The notes: a model not told the origin generated them from the letters alone. A DNA stretch of 32,000 bases from Opitutia bacterium KCR 482 (GCA_029269845.2 CP149973.1:1590001-1622000); one strand, 5' to 3'; positions 8,700 through 17,164 are shown, numbered from the stretch's first letter. Numbers and translations: made by a program.

Positions 8700-8885
8700 T
8701 GTAGAAAAGTCTTACTATTAATTCTTCAAGGATTGGCAAGTCAAGCGATAACGGAAATGCGCCGCATAGTGTAAAAATTTTTTCCGTCATTGCGTTTCAT
8801 TTAACGGCATTGGAGATTGTTGACATTTTGTATCATTGTATTTTAGCGTTGAACTTACCTCCAAAAAATTTCATTCTAATCTTCA

Positions 8886-10049
8886 ATGGTAAACCCTAAA
8901 ACAAAGTCGGACTGTTGCGGTTGCGAGGCTTGCGGGCAGGTTTGCCCGAGGCGTTGCATTGATTTTTCCGCCGACGGCGAGGGCTTTTTGTACCCGAAGG
9001 TAAATCTCGAACTCTGCGTGAATTGCGGTTTGTGCGAGCGCGTTTGTCCCGTGATAAATCAGGCGAACCCCGTTTTGCCGCGCTCCGTTTTTGCGGCGAA
9101 GTCGAAGCTTTTGCCCGAGCGCATGGCAAGCTCTTCGGGCGGAATTTTCCCGCTGCTTGCAAAAAACGCAATCGCGCGGGGCGGCGCCGTTTTCGGGGCG
9201 GCGTTCGACGAAAATTTGAATGTCCGCCATTCCCATGCCGAAACCGAAGAGCAGTTGCGGGCGTTTTCGGGGAGCAAGTATGTGCAAAGCCGCATCGGCA
9301 ATTCTTTCAGGCTTGCCGCCGATTTCTTGAAAGCGGGGCGTTTTGTGCTGTTTTCGGGCACTCCCTGTCAAATATCGGGTTTGAAGAAATTTCTTGGCAA
9401 AGACTACGAAAACTTGCTTGCGGTAGAAGTCGTTTGTCACGGCGCGCCGTCGCCGAAAGTTTTTGGCGACTACATCTCCGCCGTCCGCTCCGTAAAGCGC
9501 ATATGTTTCAAGGACAAATCGACCGGCTGGAAGAAATATTCCGTGAGCATTGAATCGGCGGACGGAACGGAGTTTCGGCAGCCCATGCGCGACAACCCCT
9601 ACATGCAGGGATTTTTGAAAGACCTGTACTTGCGGCCGTCGTGCCATGCGTGCCCCGCCCGCGAGGGCAAGAGCGGCGCGGACATCATTCTCGGCGACTT
9701 TTGGGGCGTGGGGAATTATTATCCAAAATTCGACGACGACAAGGGCATTAGCTTGGTTATTGTAAATTCGGAAAAGGGCGAAAAGTATTTCGGCGAGCTT
9801 GACGTCGAGAAAATCGAGACCTCCTACGAAAAGGCGTTGCGGGGGAATCCCGCGCTGAAAGTTTCGGCGAAAATCCCGAAGTTGCGCGGCGAATTTTGGA
9901 ATCTGTACGAAGCTGAGGGCTTTTCGGCTGTCGAAAAGATTGTCGCCAAAATGCGCCCCACAAAATTGCAGAGGGCAATCGTTTTTGTGAAGCGGCGGAT
10001 ATTGTTTTTGAAAAACGCAATTTGCCGAATTGCGCGGCGCGGCGCGTAG
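8886..10049 (+). CDS. FrhB/FdhB-like (coenzyme F420 hydrogenase beta-like) protein with two N-terminal 4Fe-4S ferredoxin motifs
   Basis: 387 aa with two CxxCxxCxxxCP motifs (CCGCEACGQVCP and CVNCGLCERVCP), followed by a region resembling the FrhB_FdhB N/C domains seen beside pyruvyl transferases in capsule loci. Confidence 0.7.
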   Translation: MVNPKTKSDCCGCEACGQVCPRRCIDFSADGEGFLYPKVNLELCVNCGLCERVCPVINQANPVLPRSVFAAKSKLLPERMASSSGGIFPLLAKNAIARGGAVFGAAFDENLNVRHSHAETEEQLRAFSGSKYVQSRIGNSFRLAADFLKAGRFVLFSGTPCQISGLKKFLGKDYENLLAVEVVCHGAPSPKVFGDYISAVRSVKRICFKDKSTGWKKYSVSIESADGTEFRQPMRDNPYMQGFLKDLYLRPSCHACPAREGKSGADIILGDFWGVGNYYPKFDDDKGISLVIVNSEKGEKYFGELDVEKIETSYEKALRGNPALKVSAKIPKLRGEFWNLYEAEGFSAVEKIVAKMRPTKLQRAIVFVKRRILFLKNAICRIARRGA

Positions 10050-10059
10050 GGCGTCGGGC

Positions 10060-10079
10060 GCGGCGGAAATTTCCGCCGC
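10060..10079. repeat. perfect 20-nt palindrome GCGGCGGAAATTTCCGCCGC, 10 nt after the FrhB-like stop
   Basis: Hand-checked 10+10 nt perfect inverted repeat. As RNA it would form an 8-bp G+C-rich stem with an AAUU loop. The downstream sequence is not U-rich, so it may be a terminator, an RNA stabiliser or a dimeric protein-binding site. Confidence 0.6.
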
Positions 10080-10247
10080 CTAACTCGCATTGTTTGGCGG
10101 CTTGCGCGGGATTTTTCCCCGTTTTCGGGGCGGGGCGGGACGCCAAAAAATGCTCGACAATTCGGCGTAATGTGAGATGTATATGATACTCGCGCGCGTT
10201 CGTCCGAATGTCCGCGGGGTGGTCGAACTTATTTACATCGTCGGGAA

Positions 10248-11240
10248 ATGAATTTAAAATCCAAAAACGTATTCGTAACGGGCGCGGACGGCTTTATCGG
10301 CTCGCACCTCGTGGAGCTTCTCGTAAAGCGCGGCGCAAATGTCCGCGCGCTCTCGCAGTACAACTCCTTCAACAACTGGGGCTGGCTCGAAGACATTGAC
10401 TGCAAAAAAGACGTGGAGGTCGTTTGCGGCGACATTCGCGACGCCCACTGCGTCAAAAAATTTTCCGAAAAGGCCGATGTGATTTTCCACCTCGCCGCCC
10501 TCATCGCCATTCCCTATTCCTACGTCGCTCCCGACAGCTATGTCGATACCAACGTTAAGGGCACTCTCAATGTCTGTCAGGCGGCTCTCGAAAACGGCGT
10601 TTCCAAGGTTGTCCACACTTCCACGAGCGAAGTTTACGGCACGGCGAAGTATGTCCCGATTGACGAAAAGCACCCGATTCAGCCGCAGTCGCCGTACTCC
10701 GCAACGAAAATCGGCGCGGACTGCATTGCCGAAAGTTTCCACAGGGCGTTCGGGTTGCCGCTTGCGACGGCGCGTCCGTTCAACGCCTACGGTCCGAGGC
10801 AGTCGGCGCGCGCGGTGATTCCGTCGATTATCACGCAGCTCGCGTCGGGGCGCAAACAAATAGAGCTTGGCGACACCACTCCCACGCGCGACTTCAACTT
10901 TGTCAAGGACACCTGCGCGGGCTTCGTCGCTATCGCCGAGGCTGACTCCACGATAGGCGAGGTCGTCAACATCGCTACCAACTGCGAAATTTCCATTGCC
11001 GACACTTTCGCGGTTATCAACGAAATCATGGGCGCGAACGCCGAAATAGTCCGCGACCCGAAGCGCATACGCCCGAAAAATTCGGAGGTCAACAGGCTTT
11101 GGGGCGACAACGCGAAGATAAAATCGCTCACGGATTTTTCGCCGAAATACGACATTCGCAAGGGGCTTGCCGAAACCGTCGAGTGGTTCTCGAAGCCCGA
11201 AAATCTCGCGAAATACAAGGCGGACATCTACAACATTTGA
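10248..11240 (+). CDS. legB: NAD-dependent sugar-nucleotide 4,6-dehydratase, LegB type
   Basis: 330 aa with GADGFIGSHL Rossmann motif, STSEVYG and YSATK catalytic triad context. ALSQYNSFNNWGWLE and DTNVKGTLNV closely recall Campylobacter LegB as I remember it. Confidence 0.75.
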   Translation: MNLKSKNVFVTGADGFIGSHLVELLVKRGANVRALSQYNSFNNWGWLEDIDCKKDVEVVCGDIRDAHCVKKFSEKADVIFHLAALIAIPYSYVAPDSYVDTNVKGTLNVCQAALENGVSKVVHTSTSEVYGTAKYVPIDEKHPIQPQSPYSATKIGADCIAESFHRAFGLPLATARPFNAYGPRQSARAVIPSIITQLASGRKQIELGDTTPTRDFNFVKDTCAGFVAIAEADSTIGEVVNIATNCEISIADTFAVINEIMGANAEIVRDPKRIRPKNSEVNRLWGDNAKIKSLTDFSPKYDIRKGLAETVEWFSKPENLAKYKADIYNI

Positions 11241-11243
11241 CGA

Positions 11244-11822
11244 ATGAAAGACCTGATTCTTTTCGGCGCGGGCGGGCATGCAAAGTCGTGCATTGACGTA
11301 ATCGAGGCAAACGGCGGCTATCGGATTGTCGGGTTGTTTGATGTTCCCGAAAAGGTCGGGTCTTCGGTTTTGGGCTATCCCGTAATCGGGCACGACGAAA
11401 TGCTGCCCGAATTTTGCGGGAAAGACGTAGAGTTTCTGATTACCGTGGGGCATGTGCGCTCGCACGAAGCGCGGTCGAGACTCTTCGCCCGCATTGGGGA
11501 GCTCGGCTTGAAGTCGGCGACGATAGTTTCGCCCTTGGCGCGGGTTTCGCGCTATGCCGAAATCGGCGCGGGCACAATCGTCATGCACTACGCGTTTGTG
11601 AACGCTGGCGCGAGGGTGGGCGCAAACTGCATAATAAACACGAAGGCTCTTGTCGAGCACGACGCGGAGGTCGGCGACACCTGCCACATTTCGACTGCCG
11701 CCGTCGTAAACGGCGCGGCGAAAATCGGCGGCGGGACGTTTGTCGGCAGCAACGCGACTGTCGCCAACGGCGCGGTTGTGCCGCCCGAAACGTTCGTCAA
11801 GGCGGGGAGCGTCGTAAAATGA
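11244..11822 (+). CDS. legH: NeuD/PglD-family hexapeptide-repeat N-acetyltransferase (LegH-like)
   Basis: 192 aa. N-terminal LILFGAGGHAKSCIDVIE Rossmann-like domain, then left-handed beta-helix repeats (IGAGTIV, VGANCII, VGDTCHI, IGGGTFV). Confidence 0.75.
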   Translation: MKDLILFGAGGHAKSCIDVIEANGGYRIVGLFDVPEKVGSSVLGYPVIGHDEMLPEFCGKDVEFLITVGHVRSHEARSRLFARIGELGLKSATIVSPLARVSRYAEIGAGTIVMHYAFVNAGARVGANCIINTKALVEHDAEVGDTCHISTAAVVNGAAKIGGGTFVGSNATVANGAVVPPETFVKAGSVVK

Positions 11823-12811
11823 GCGCGGTGTTTGTCATAGCCGAGGCCGGCGTAAACCACAACGGAAGCGCGGAGCTTGCCAAGCGGCTTATCGACGCCG
11901 CGGCGGACGCCGGCTGCGACGCCGTGAAATTCCAGACTTTCAAGGCCGCCGACTTGGTCGAGCCCGACGCCCCCAAGGCTGACTACCAAAAGCGGAACGC
12001 GAAAAACCGCGCGGAGAGCCAGTACGAAATGCTCAAAAAGCTCGAACTTTCGAAGTCCGACACGCGCATGCTTAAAGCCTACTGCCGAAAGCGCGGGATA
12101 CTTTTCCTGTCGTCGCCGTTCGACTGCGACAGCGCGGATTTTCTCAGCAAGCTTGGCATGCCGATTTTCAAGATACCGTCGGGCGAAATCACGAACCTGC
12201 CGTATTTGCGCAAGATAAATTCGTTCGGGCGCGCGGTAATTCTCTCGACGGGAATGGCGACTCTTTCGGAGATTTCGGCTGCGCTGAAAGTTCTGCGCGA
12301 CTGCAAAATATCGCTCCTGCACTGCACGACCGAATATCCGTGCCCCTTCGACGCCGTGAATCTGAACGCAATGCTTGCCATGAAGCGCCGCTTTCGCCTG
12401 CCCGTTGGGTATTCCGACCACACGCGCGGAATAGAGGTGTCGGTTGCGGCGGTCGCGCTTGGGGCGGAGATTATCGAAAAGCATTTTACGCTCTCGCGCG
12501 AAATGGACGGGCCGGACCACAAGGCGAGCCTCGAACCCGACGAGCTGAAACAGATGGTGTCGTCAATCCGCAACGTTTCGGCGGCGCTGGGCGACGGCGC
12601 AAAGCGTCCGTCGGCTGTGGAGGCGAAGAACGCGGCGGTTGCGCGGAAGTCAATCGTCGCAAAAAGGCGCATCAAAAAGGGCGAGCTTTTTAGCGACGCG
12701 AACCTTGCGACGAAACGCCCCGCCACGGGAATTTCGCCCATGAAGTGGGATTCGGTCGTCGGGAAACCCGCGCCGCGCGACTTCGAAAAAAACGAACGGA
12801 TTGTCCTATGA
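11819..12811 (+). CDS. legI: nonulosonic acid synthase, NeuB family (legionaminic acid synthase by context)
   Basis: The internal ATG at 11819 of the track ORF 11414..12811 gives MSAVFVIAEAGVNHNGSAELAKRLIDAAADAGCDAVKFQTF, the classic NeuB start. A C-terminal SAF/antifreeze-like domain is present. ATGA overlap with legH. Confidence 0.85.
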   Translation: MSAVFVIAEAGVNHNGSAELAKRLIDAAADAGCDAVKFQTFKAADLVEPDAPKADYQKRNAKNRAESQYEMLKKLELSKSDTRMLKAYCRKRGILFLSSPFDCDSADFLSKLGMPIFKIPSGEITNLPYLRKINSFGRAVILSTGMATLSEISAALKVLRDCKISLLHCTTEYPCPFDAVNLNAMLAMKRRFRLPVGYSDHTRGIEVSVAAVALGAEIIEKHFTLSREMDGPDHKASLEPDELKQMVSSIRNVSAALGDGAKRPSAVEAKNAAVARKSIVAKRRIKKGELFSDANLATKRPATGISPMKWDSVVGKPAPRDFEKNERIVL

Positions 12812-13956
12812 AAATCTGCGTCATTACCGCCGCCCGCTCCGAATACGGACTTTTAAGGGGGCTGATTTTCGAGCTTCGCGCAAGAAAAAACGTCGAACTT
12901 TCGGTGCTTGCGACAGGTTCTCACCTCGAAAAAAGCTACGGGTACACCGTGCGCGAAATCGAGGGCGACGGCGTTGAAATCGCCGCCCGCGTGCGCATTT
13001 GCGCGGGCGACACAAAATTCGGAGTGCTCGACACCATGGCAAACGCGCTTTCGAAAGTCGGGCGCGCGGTCTCGAAAATAAAGCCCGACATCGCGGTGAT
13101 TTTGGGCGACAGGTACGAGTCTCTTTCGATTGCCGCCGCGTGCTGCGCGCTCGGAGTGCCGATTGCGCACATTCACGGCGGCGAGCTTACATACGGGGCG
13201 TTCGACGACGCGTTCAGGCACGCGATTACGAAAATGGCGTCGCTGCATTTCGCTGCCTGCGCCCAGTACCGCAAAAGAATCATACAGCTCGGCGAGAATC
13301 CGAAAACCGTATTCGACGTCGGAGCTTTGGGCGTTGAGAATATCCGCAAAATTCCGCTGCTTTCGAAGCGCGAAATAGAGCGCGTTGCGGGGGTCGCCGA
13401 AGCGTCGAAAACGTTTCTTGCGACATTCCACCCCATAACCACGGAAACCGATTCGCAGGAGGCGCAGATGCGCGCGCTGCTCGACGCGCTTGTCGGGCGC
13501 GGTGGCTACACGTCGCTTTTCACGTATCCGAACGCCGATACAGGTTCGCGCAGGCTCAATGCGCTGCTTTCGCGCTACGCAAAAAAGTATCCCGACAAAA
13601 TCAAAGTCGTCGGAAGCCTCGGCGCGCGGAACTATCTAAGCATGATGAAATATTGCGCGGCGGTTGTGGGCAATTCGTCGAGCGGGATAATAGAAGCGCC
13701 GTCTTTCAAACGCGCCACGGTGAACGTCGGCAGCAGGCAGGACGGGCGCGTGCGCACGCCCTCAATCATAGACTGCAAGCCCGACGCCGCGTCGATTTCC
13801 CGCGCTCTCGACACCGCTCTAAGCGCGGACTTCGCCGCAGTTCTTGCGAAAGTCAAAAGTCCCTACGGCGGCAAACCCACGGCAAAACTCATCGCCGACA
13901 AACTGCTTTCGGAAACGCCGAAGCTCGGCGGAAAGAAAATATTTTTCGACTTATGA
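12808..13956 (+). CDS. legG: hydrolysing sugar-nucleotide 2-epimerase (NeuC/LegG family)
   Basis: ATG 12808 gives MKICVITAARSEYGLLRGLIFEL...; ILGDRYE and HIHGGE motifs are typical of hydrolysing UDP/GDP-GlcNAc-type 2-epimerases. ATGA overlap with legI. Confidence 0.85.
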   Translation: MKICVITAARSEYGLLRGLIFELRARKNVELSVLATGSHLEKSYGYTVREIEGDGVEIAARVRICAGDTKFGVLDTMANALSKVGRAVSKIKPDIAVILGDRYESLSIAAACCALGVPIAHIHGGELTYGAFDDAFRHAITKMASLHFAACAQYRKRIIQLGENPKTVFDVGALGVENIRKIPLLSKREIERVAGVAEASKTFLATFHPITTETDSQEAQMRALLDALVGRGGYTSLFTYPNADTGSRRLNALLSRYAKKYPDKIKVVGSLGARNYLSMMKYCAAVVGNSSSGIIEAPSFKRATVNVGSRQDGRVRTPSIIDCKPDAASISRALDTALSADFAAVLAKVKSPYGGKPTAKLIADKLLSETPKLGGKKIFFDL

Positions 13957-14999
13957 ACGAACTCGACTCACACCTCGTAGGCTCGAACGCCACAATTTTG
14001 GAGACGCTCGGCAAGATGAACAAAATCGCGGGCGGAATGCCGCTCGTGCTGTTTGTGGTCTCGCCCGACGGCAGGGTTCTCGGCAGCGTGACCGACGGCG
14101 ACATTCGCCGCAACCTCGTGGCGGGGGCTACGCTCGACTCGAGCATAGACGGCGTGATGAACAAAAAATTCCACTACCTTTTGGACAAGCGCAACTACAA
14201 GAAAATCGGCGAGTTCAAGGCTCTCAACCTGCGCCTCATTCCGCACGTTTCGCCCGACGGCAAACTGCTGGGCATTCTCAACCTCAACGCCAAGCGCACG
14301 TGCCTGCCGGTTGACGCGGTAATCATGGCGGGCGGCAGGGGAATCCGCCTGCAACCCTACACGAACGACATTCCCAAGCCCATGCTTCCCCTGCGCGACA
14401 AGCCGATTATCGCCCACAACATAGAGCGGCTGGCGTCGTACGGCGTGGAGAATTTCCACATTTCCGTAAACCACTTGAAGGGGCAGATTATAGACTACCT
14501 TACCGACAGGTACGCCGATTTGAACATCGACTTCATCGAGGAGGACGCGCCGCTTGGCACAATCGGCTCGGTAAGGCTCGCAAAGGAGTTCCGCAACGAC
14601 GACATTCTGGTGATTAACGCCGACATTCTGACGAACATAGACTTCGAGGACTTCTTTGCAAAATACAAGGAGAGCTTTGCCGACATGAGCGTTGCGGCGT
14701 TCACGATGAAAGTGGACATTCCCTACGCCGTTTTGGAAACGTCGGGGAACATGATTCGCGGCTTTACCGAAAAGCCCACATACAACTACTATTCGAACGC
14801 GGGGATATACCTGTTCGGCAGAAAACTCGTAGACTCCATTCCGCCCGATTCGCCCTACAACGCGACCGACATGATTGAAAAGCTCGTCGAGAACGGCGGC
14901 AAGGTCTCGTACTTCCCGATTGTCGGCTACTGGCTCGACATCGGCACGGCGCAGAATTATTCCAAGGCGAAAAACGACATAAACTATATAAAATTCTGA
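13953..14999 (+). CDS. ptmE: CBS-pair plus sugar-phosphate nucleotidyltransferase (PtmE-like)
   Basis: ATG 13953 (ATGA overlap with legG). The N-terminal ~110 aa look like a CBS pair (VVSPDGRVLGSVTDGDIRR, HVSPDGKLLGILN). They are followed by AVIMAGGRGIRLQPYT...PKPMLP, the nucleotidyltransferase signature. Confidence 0.75.
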   Translation: MNELDSHLVGSNATILETLGKMNKIAGGMPLVLFVVSPDGRVLGSVTDGDIRRNLVAGATLDSSIDGVMNKKFHYLLDKRNYKKIGEFKALNLRLIPHVSPDGKLLGILNLNAKRTCLPVDAVIMAGGRGIRLQPYTNDIPKPMLPLRDKPIIAHNIERLASYGVENFHISVNHLKGQIIDYLTDRYADLNIDFIEEDAPLGTIGSVRLAKEFRNDDILVINADILTNIDFEDFFAKYKESFADMSVAAFTMKVDIPYAVLETSGNMIRGFTEKPTYNYYSNAGIYLFGRKLVDSIPPDSPYNATDMIEKLVENGGKVSYFPIVGYWLDIGTAQNYSKAKNDINYIKF

Positions 15000-15000
15000 C

Positions 15001-15696
15001 ATGCTAAACGGGAAAAAAATAGCGGCAATCATTCCCGCAAGAAGCGGGTCGAAGGGGCTGAAAGACAAAAACATCAAGCCGCTCTGCGGCGTGCCGCTCC
15101 TCGCCCACACGGTGCGAGCCGCCCGCGAAAGCGGCGCGTTTGACGCCGTGCTGCTTTCGACCGACAGCCCAAAGTACGCGGAAATCGGGCGCGAATACGG
15201 CGCGGAAGTTCCGTTTCTGCGCTCGGCTGAAACGTCAACCGACGGCGCGTCGTCGTGGAGCGTCGTGGCTGAGACGCTCTCGAAGCTCGAAACGCGCTAC
15301 GACATCGTCGCGCTTCTGCAACCCACTTCGCCCCTGCGCACGGCGGAGAATATCCGCGAAGCGTTCGGGCTGTTTTTCGAAAAACGCGCAGAGGCGGTCG
15401 TGGGGCTTTCCGAGTTCCCGCACTCGCTCAAATGGATTAACACGCTCCCCGAAAACCTCTCCACGCGCGGCTTCGTAAATTCGGAGTACGCAAACAAACC
15501 GCGCCAGAAAATAGAAAAATACTATACAATCAACGGCGCGATGTATATAGTCTGGACAAAATTCGTGGAGCCGAAGCTCGATTTGTTCTCGCTCGATTCC
15601 TACGCGTACATAATGCCCGCGGAGGAGTCGGTCGACATAGACACGGAAATCGACTTCGCCCTCGCCGAAACAATTTTAAAAAACAGGACAAAATGA
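15001..15696 (+). CDS. legF: acylneuraminate cytidylyltransferase family (CMP-nonulosonic acid synthetase)
   Basis: 231 aa. AIIPARSGSKGLKDKNIKPL and LLQPTSPLR are hallmark CMP-NeuAc/Leg synthetase motifs. Confidence 0.85.
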   Translation: MLNGKKIAAIIPARSGSKGLKDKNIKPLCGVPLLAHTVRAARESGAFDAVLLSTDSPKYAEIGREYGAEVPFLRSAETSTDGASSWSVVAETLSKLETRYDIVALLQPTSPLRTAENIREAFGLFFEKRAEAVVGLSEFPHSLKWINTLPENLSTRGFVNSEYANKPRQKIEKYYTINGAMYIVWTKFVEPKLDLFSLDSYAYIMPAEESVDIDTEIDFALAETILKNRTK

Positions 15697-16961
15697 AAAA
15701 CATAATTCTCTGGGGGTTCAGCAACGAAATTGCCGAAGCCGTCGAAAAGCTCGGCAACGTCAAGGTTTCGCATTGCTTTTGCAGCCGCTCCGCGCTGAAT
15801 AATTGCAGGATTCCCCTCGACTCCTACAAGCCCTACGACAAGCGCGTCTACGAGGAGGCGTACAAATACCTTCCGCAGTATTTCGCAAGTCGCAACCGCC
15901 CCAAGCAGATTTACCTGCGCCCCGAAAAATTCTACGACTACGTAGACTATTTCAACATCTACTTCCAGTATTTCTACAACCTCGTCAAGGACGAAAAGCC
16001 CGACGCAATTTTCTTCGACAACATTCCGCACATCGGCCCCGACATCGTCTTCTACGCAATCGCAAAGGCGATGGGCGTAAAAAACGTGCTCTTCCACCAG
16101 ACGCTTTTCCCCAACCGCGTCATGTACTGCGATTCCGTCGAGAAACTCGGCGATCCCGCCCACATGATGAAAATGGGCGACGACACTTTCACCATCGAAA
16201 AGAAGTTCAAAAAGGACCTTTTCTACATGCGCAAAAACTACCTGCGCGTGGGGATTTTCAAGAATATCCGCGTGATAAGGCACCTGTACATGTCGGTTGT
16301 GAACCTCATAAAACTGCCGTACACGTTCATGTACCACAGGCGCATGGCGCGGGCGGTCTCGAAAGACATAGACTTGAAGGCGAACTTCGTCTACTTCCCG
16401 CTCCACCTCCAACCCGAAATGACGACCGATTCGCTCGGCGGCGTCTACCGCGACCAAATGCTGGCAATCGAGCGCGTGTCGGAGCTTCTGCCCGAAGGCT
16501 GGTTTGTGTACGTCAAGGAGAACCCCTATCAGGACGAATTCAGGCGCGGACGCTGTTTCTTCCAGCGTCTGAAAATGCTAAAAAACACAAAGCTCGTTCC
16601 GAACGAAACGTCCACCTACGAGCTTATCGCAAACTCGAAATTCGTCGCGACAATCACGGGCACGGCGGGCTGGGAGGCTCTCACGGGCGGCAGAAACGTG
16701 CTTACGTTCGGGCAGGCGTGGTATAAACGCTTCCCCGGCGCGTTCGTGTACTCTCCCGATTTCAAGATTGGCGACATTCTGAATTATAAAATAGACCACG
16801 CCGAATTGCAGCGCGAGTTCGACAAATTCTACAAATGCCTCGGCTACGGGGTTGTCGTCGACGACTACAAGAAAATGGTGAAAGACTTCGACCGCGAAAA
16901 GAACGTCGCGGCGGTCGCAAAACTGCTCGAAAAACTCACCCTCGAATGGCGGCCGCAATAG
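15693..16961 (+). CDS. KpsS/LpsZ-like capsule-synthesis-domain protein; candidate nonulosonic acid transferase
   Basis: 422 aa, ATGA overlap with legF. The C-terminal half (FPLHLQPEMTTDSLGG...YVKENPYQ...VATITGTAGWEALTGGRNVLTFGQAWY) resembles the Capsule_synth-type fold of KpsS/KpsC-like transferases of CMP-activated sugars. Family assignment by eye only. Confidence 0.55.
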   Translation: MKNIILWGFSNEIAEAVEKLGNVKVSHCFCSRSALNNCRIPLDSYKPYDKRVYEEAYKYLPQYFASRNRPKQIYLRPEKFYDYVDYFNIYFQYFYNLVKDEKPDAIFFDNIPHIGPDIVFYAIAKAMGVKNVLFHQTLFPNRVMYCDSVEKLGDPAHMMKMGDDTFTIEKKFKKDLFYMRKNYLRVGIFKNIRVIRHLYMSVVNLIKLPYTFMYHRRMARAVSKDIDLKANFVYFPLHLQPEMTTDSLGGVYRDQMLAIERVSELLPEGWFVYVKENPYQDEFRRGRCFFQRLKMLKNTKLVPNETSTYELIANSKFVATITGTAGWEALTGGRNVLTFGQAWYKRFPGAFVYSPDFKIGDILNYKIDHAELQREFDKFYKCLGYGVVVDDYKKMVKDFDREKNVAAVAKLLEKLTLEWRPQ

Positions 16962-16984
16962 CGCGGCTTGCCTGCCCGCGGACT

Positions 16985-17007
16985 GGTTCGGCGCGATTCC
17001 GAAACGC
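16985..17007. repeat. 23-nt exact direct repeat, copy 1 (intergenic)
   Basis: GGTTCGGCGCGATTCCGAAACGC is identical to 18601-18623. Both boundaries were hand-checked, with mismatches at both flanks. Confidence 0.9.
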
Positions 17008-17135
17008 GGAGTCCGCCTCCGCCGCCGCGACGACAAAGCAGGCGCGGTTGGCGCGTTGATTCCGCCGCGCGGGGCGTTTGCCGACCGAAATCGGGACGTC
17101 CGAACGCCGAAAATGCCAAGTTGCTGCGGGTGTTT

Positions 17136-17160
17136 AAGCCTTCGAAAAGGGGGCTTTTTT
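17136..17160 (+). terminator. intrinsic terminator candidate for the convergent plus-strand leg/kpsS-like operon
   Basis: AAGCCTTC-GAAAA-GGGGGCTT hairpin (5 Watson-Crick pairs, 2 G-U, 1 G-C) followed by a T-run ending at 17160. On the minus strand the tail is not U-rich. Confidence 0.5.
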
Positions 17161-17164
17161 GCGG

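Noticed and set aside
3480-10247. JUMPStart/ops (GGCGGTAG) antitermination element in the three glycan-locus intergenic regions (3480-3612, 8700-8885, 10050-10247)
   Set aside because: I looked for the 8-mer by eye and did not find it. The closest string is GGCGGCTTG at about 10096.
10254-11687. 477-aa minus-strand ORF across legB/legH
   Set aside because: Antisense shadow. It is Arg/Val/Asp-rich with no recognisable domain, and the plus strand has strong LegB and NeuD-type motifs.
13968-16457. Minus-strand ORFs 13968..15110 (380 aa) and 15600..16457 (285 aa), and plus-strand alternate-frame ORF 15803..16726 (307 aa)
   Set aside because: These are shadows or alternate frames of ptmE-like, legF and the KpsS-like gene. 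The composition is biased (R, V, E, H) and there are no motifs.
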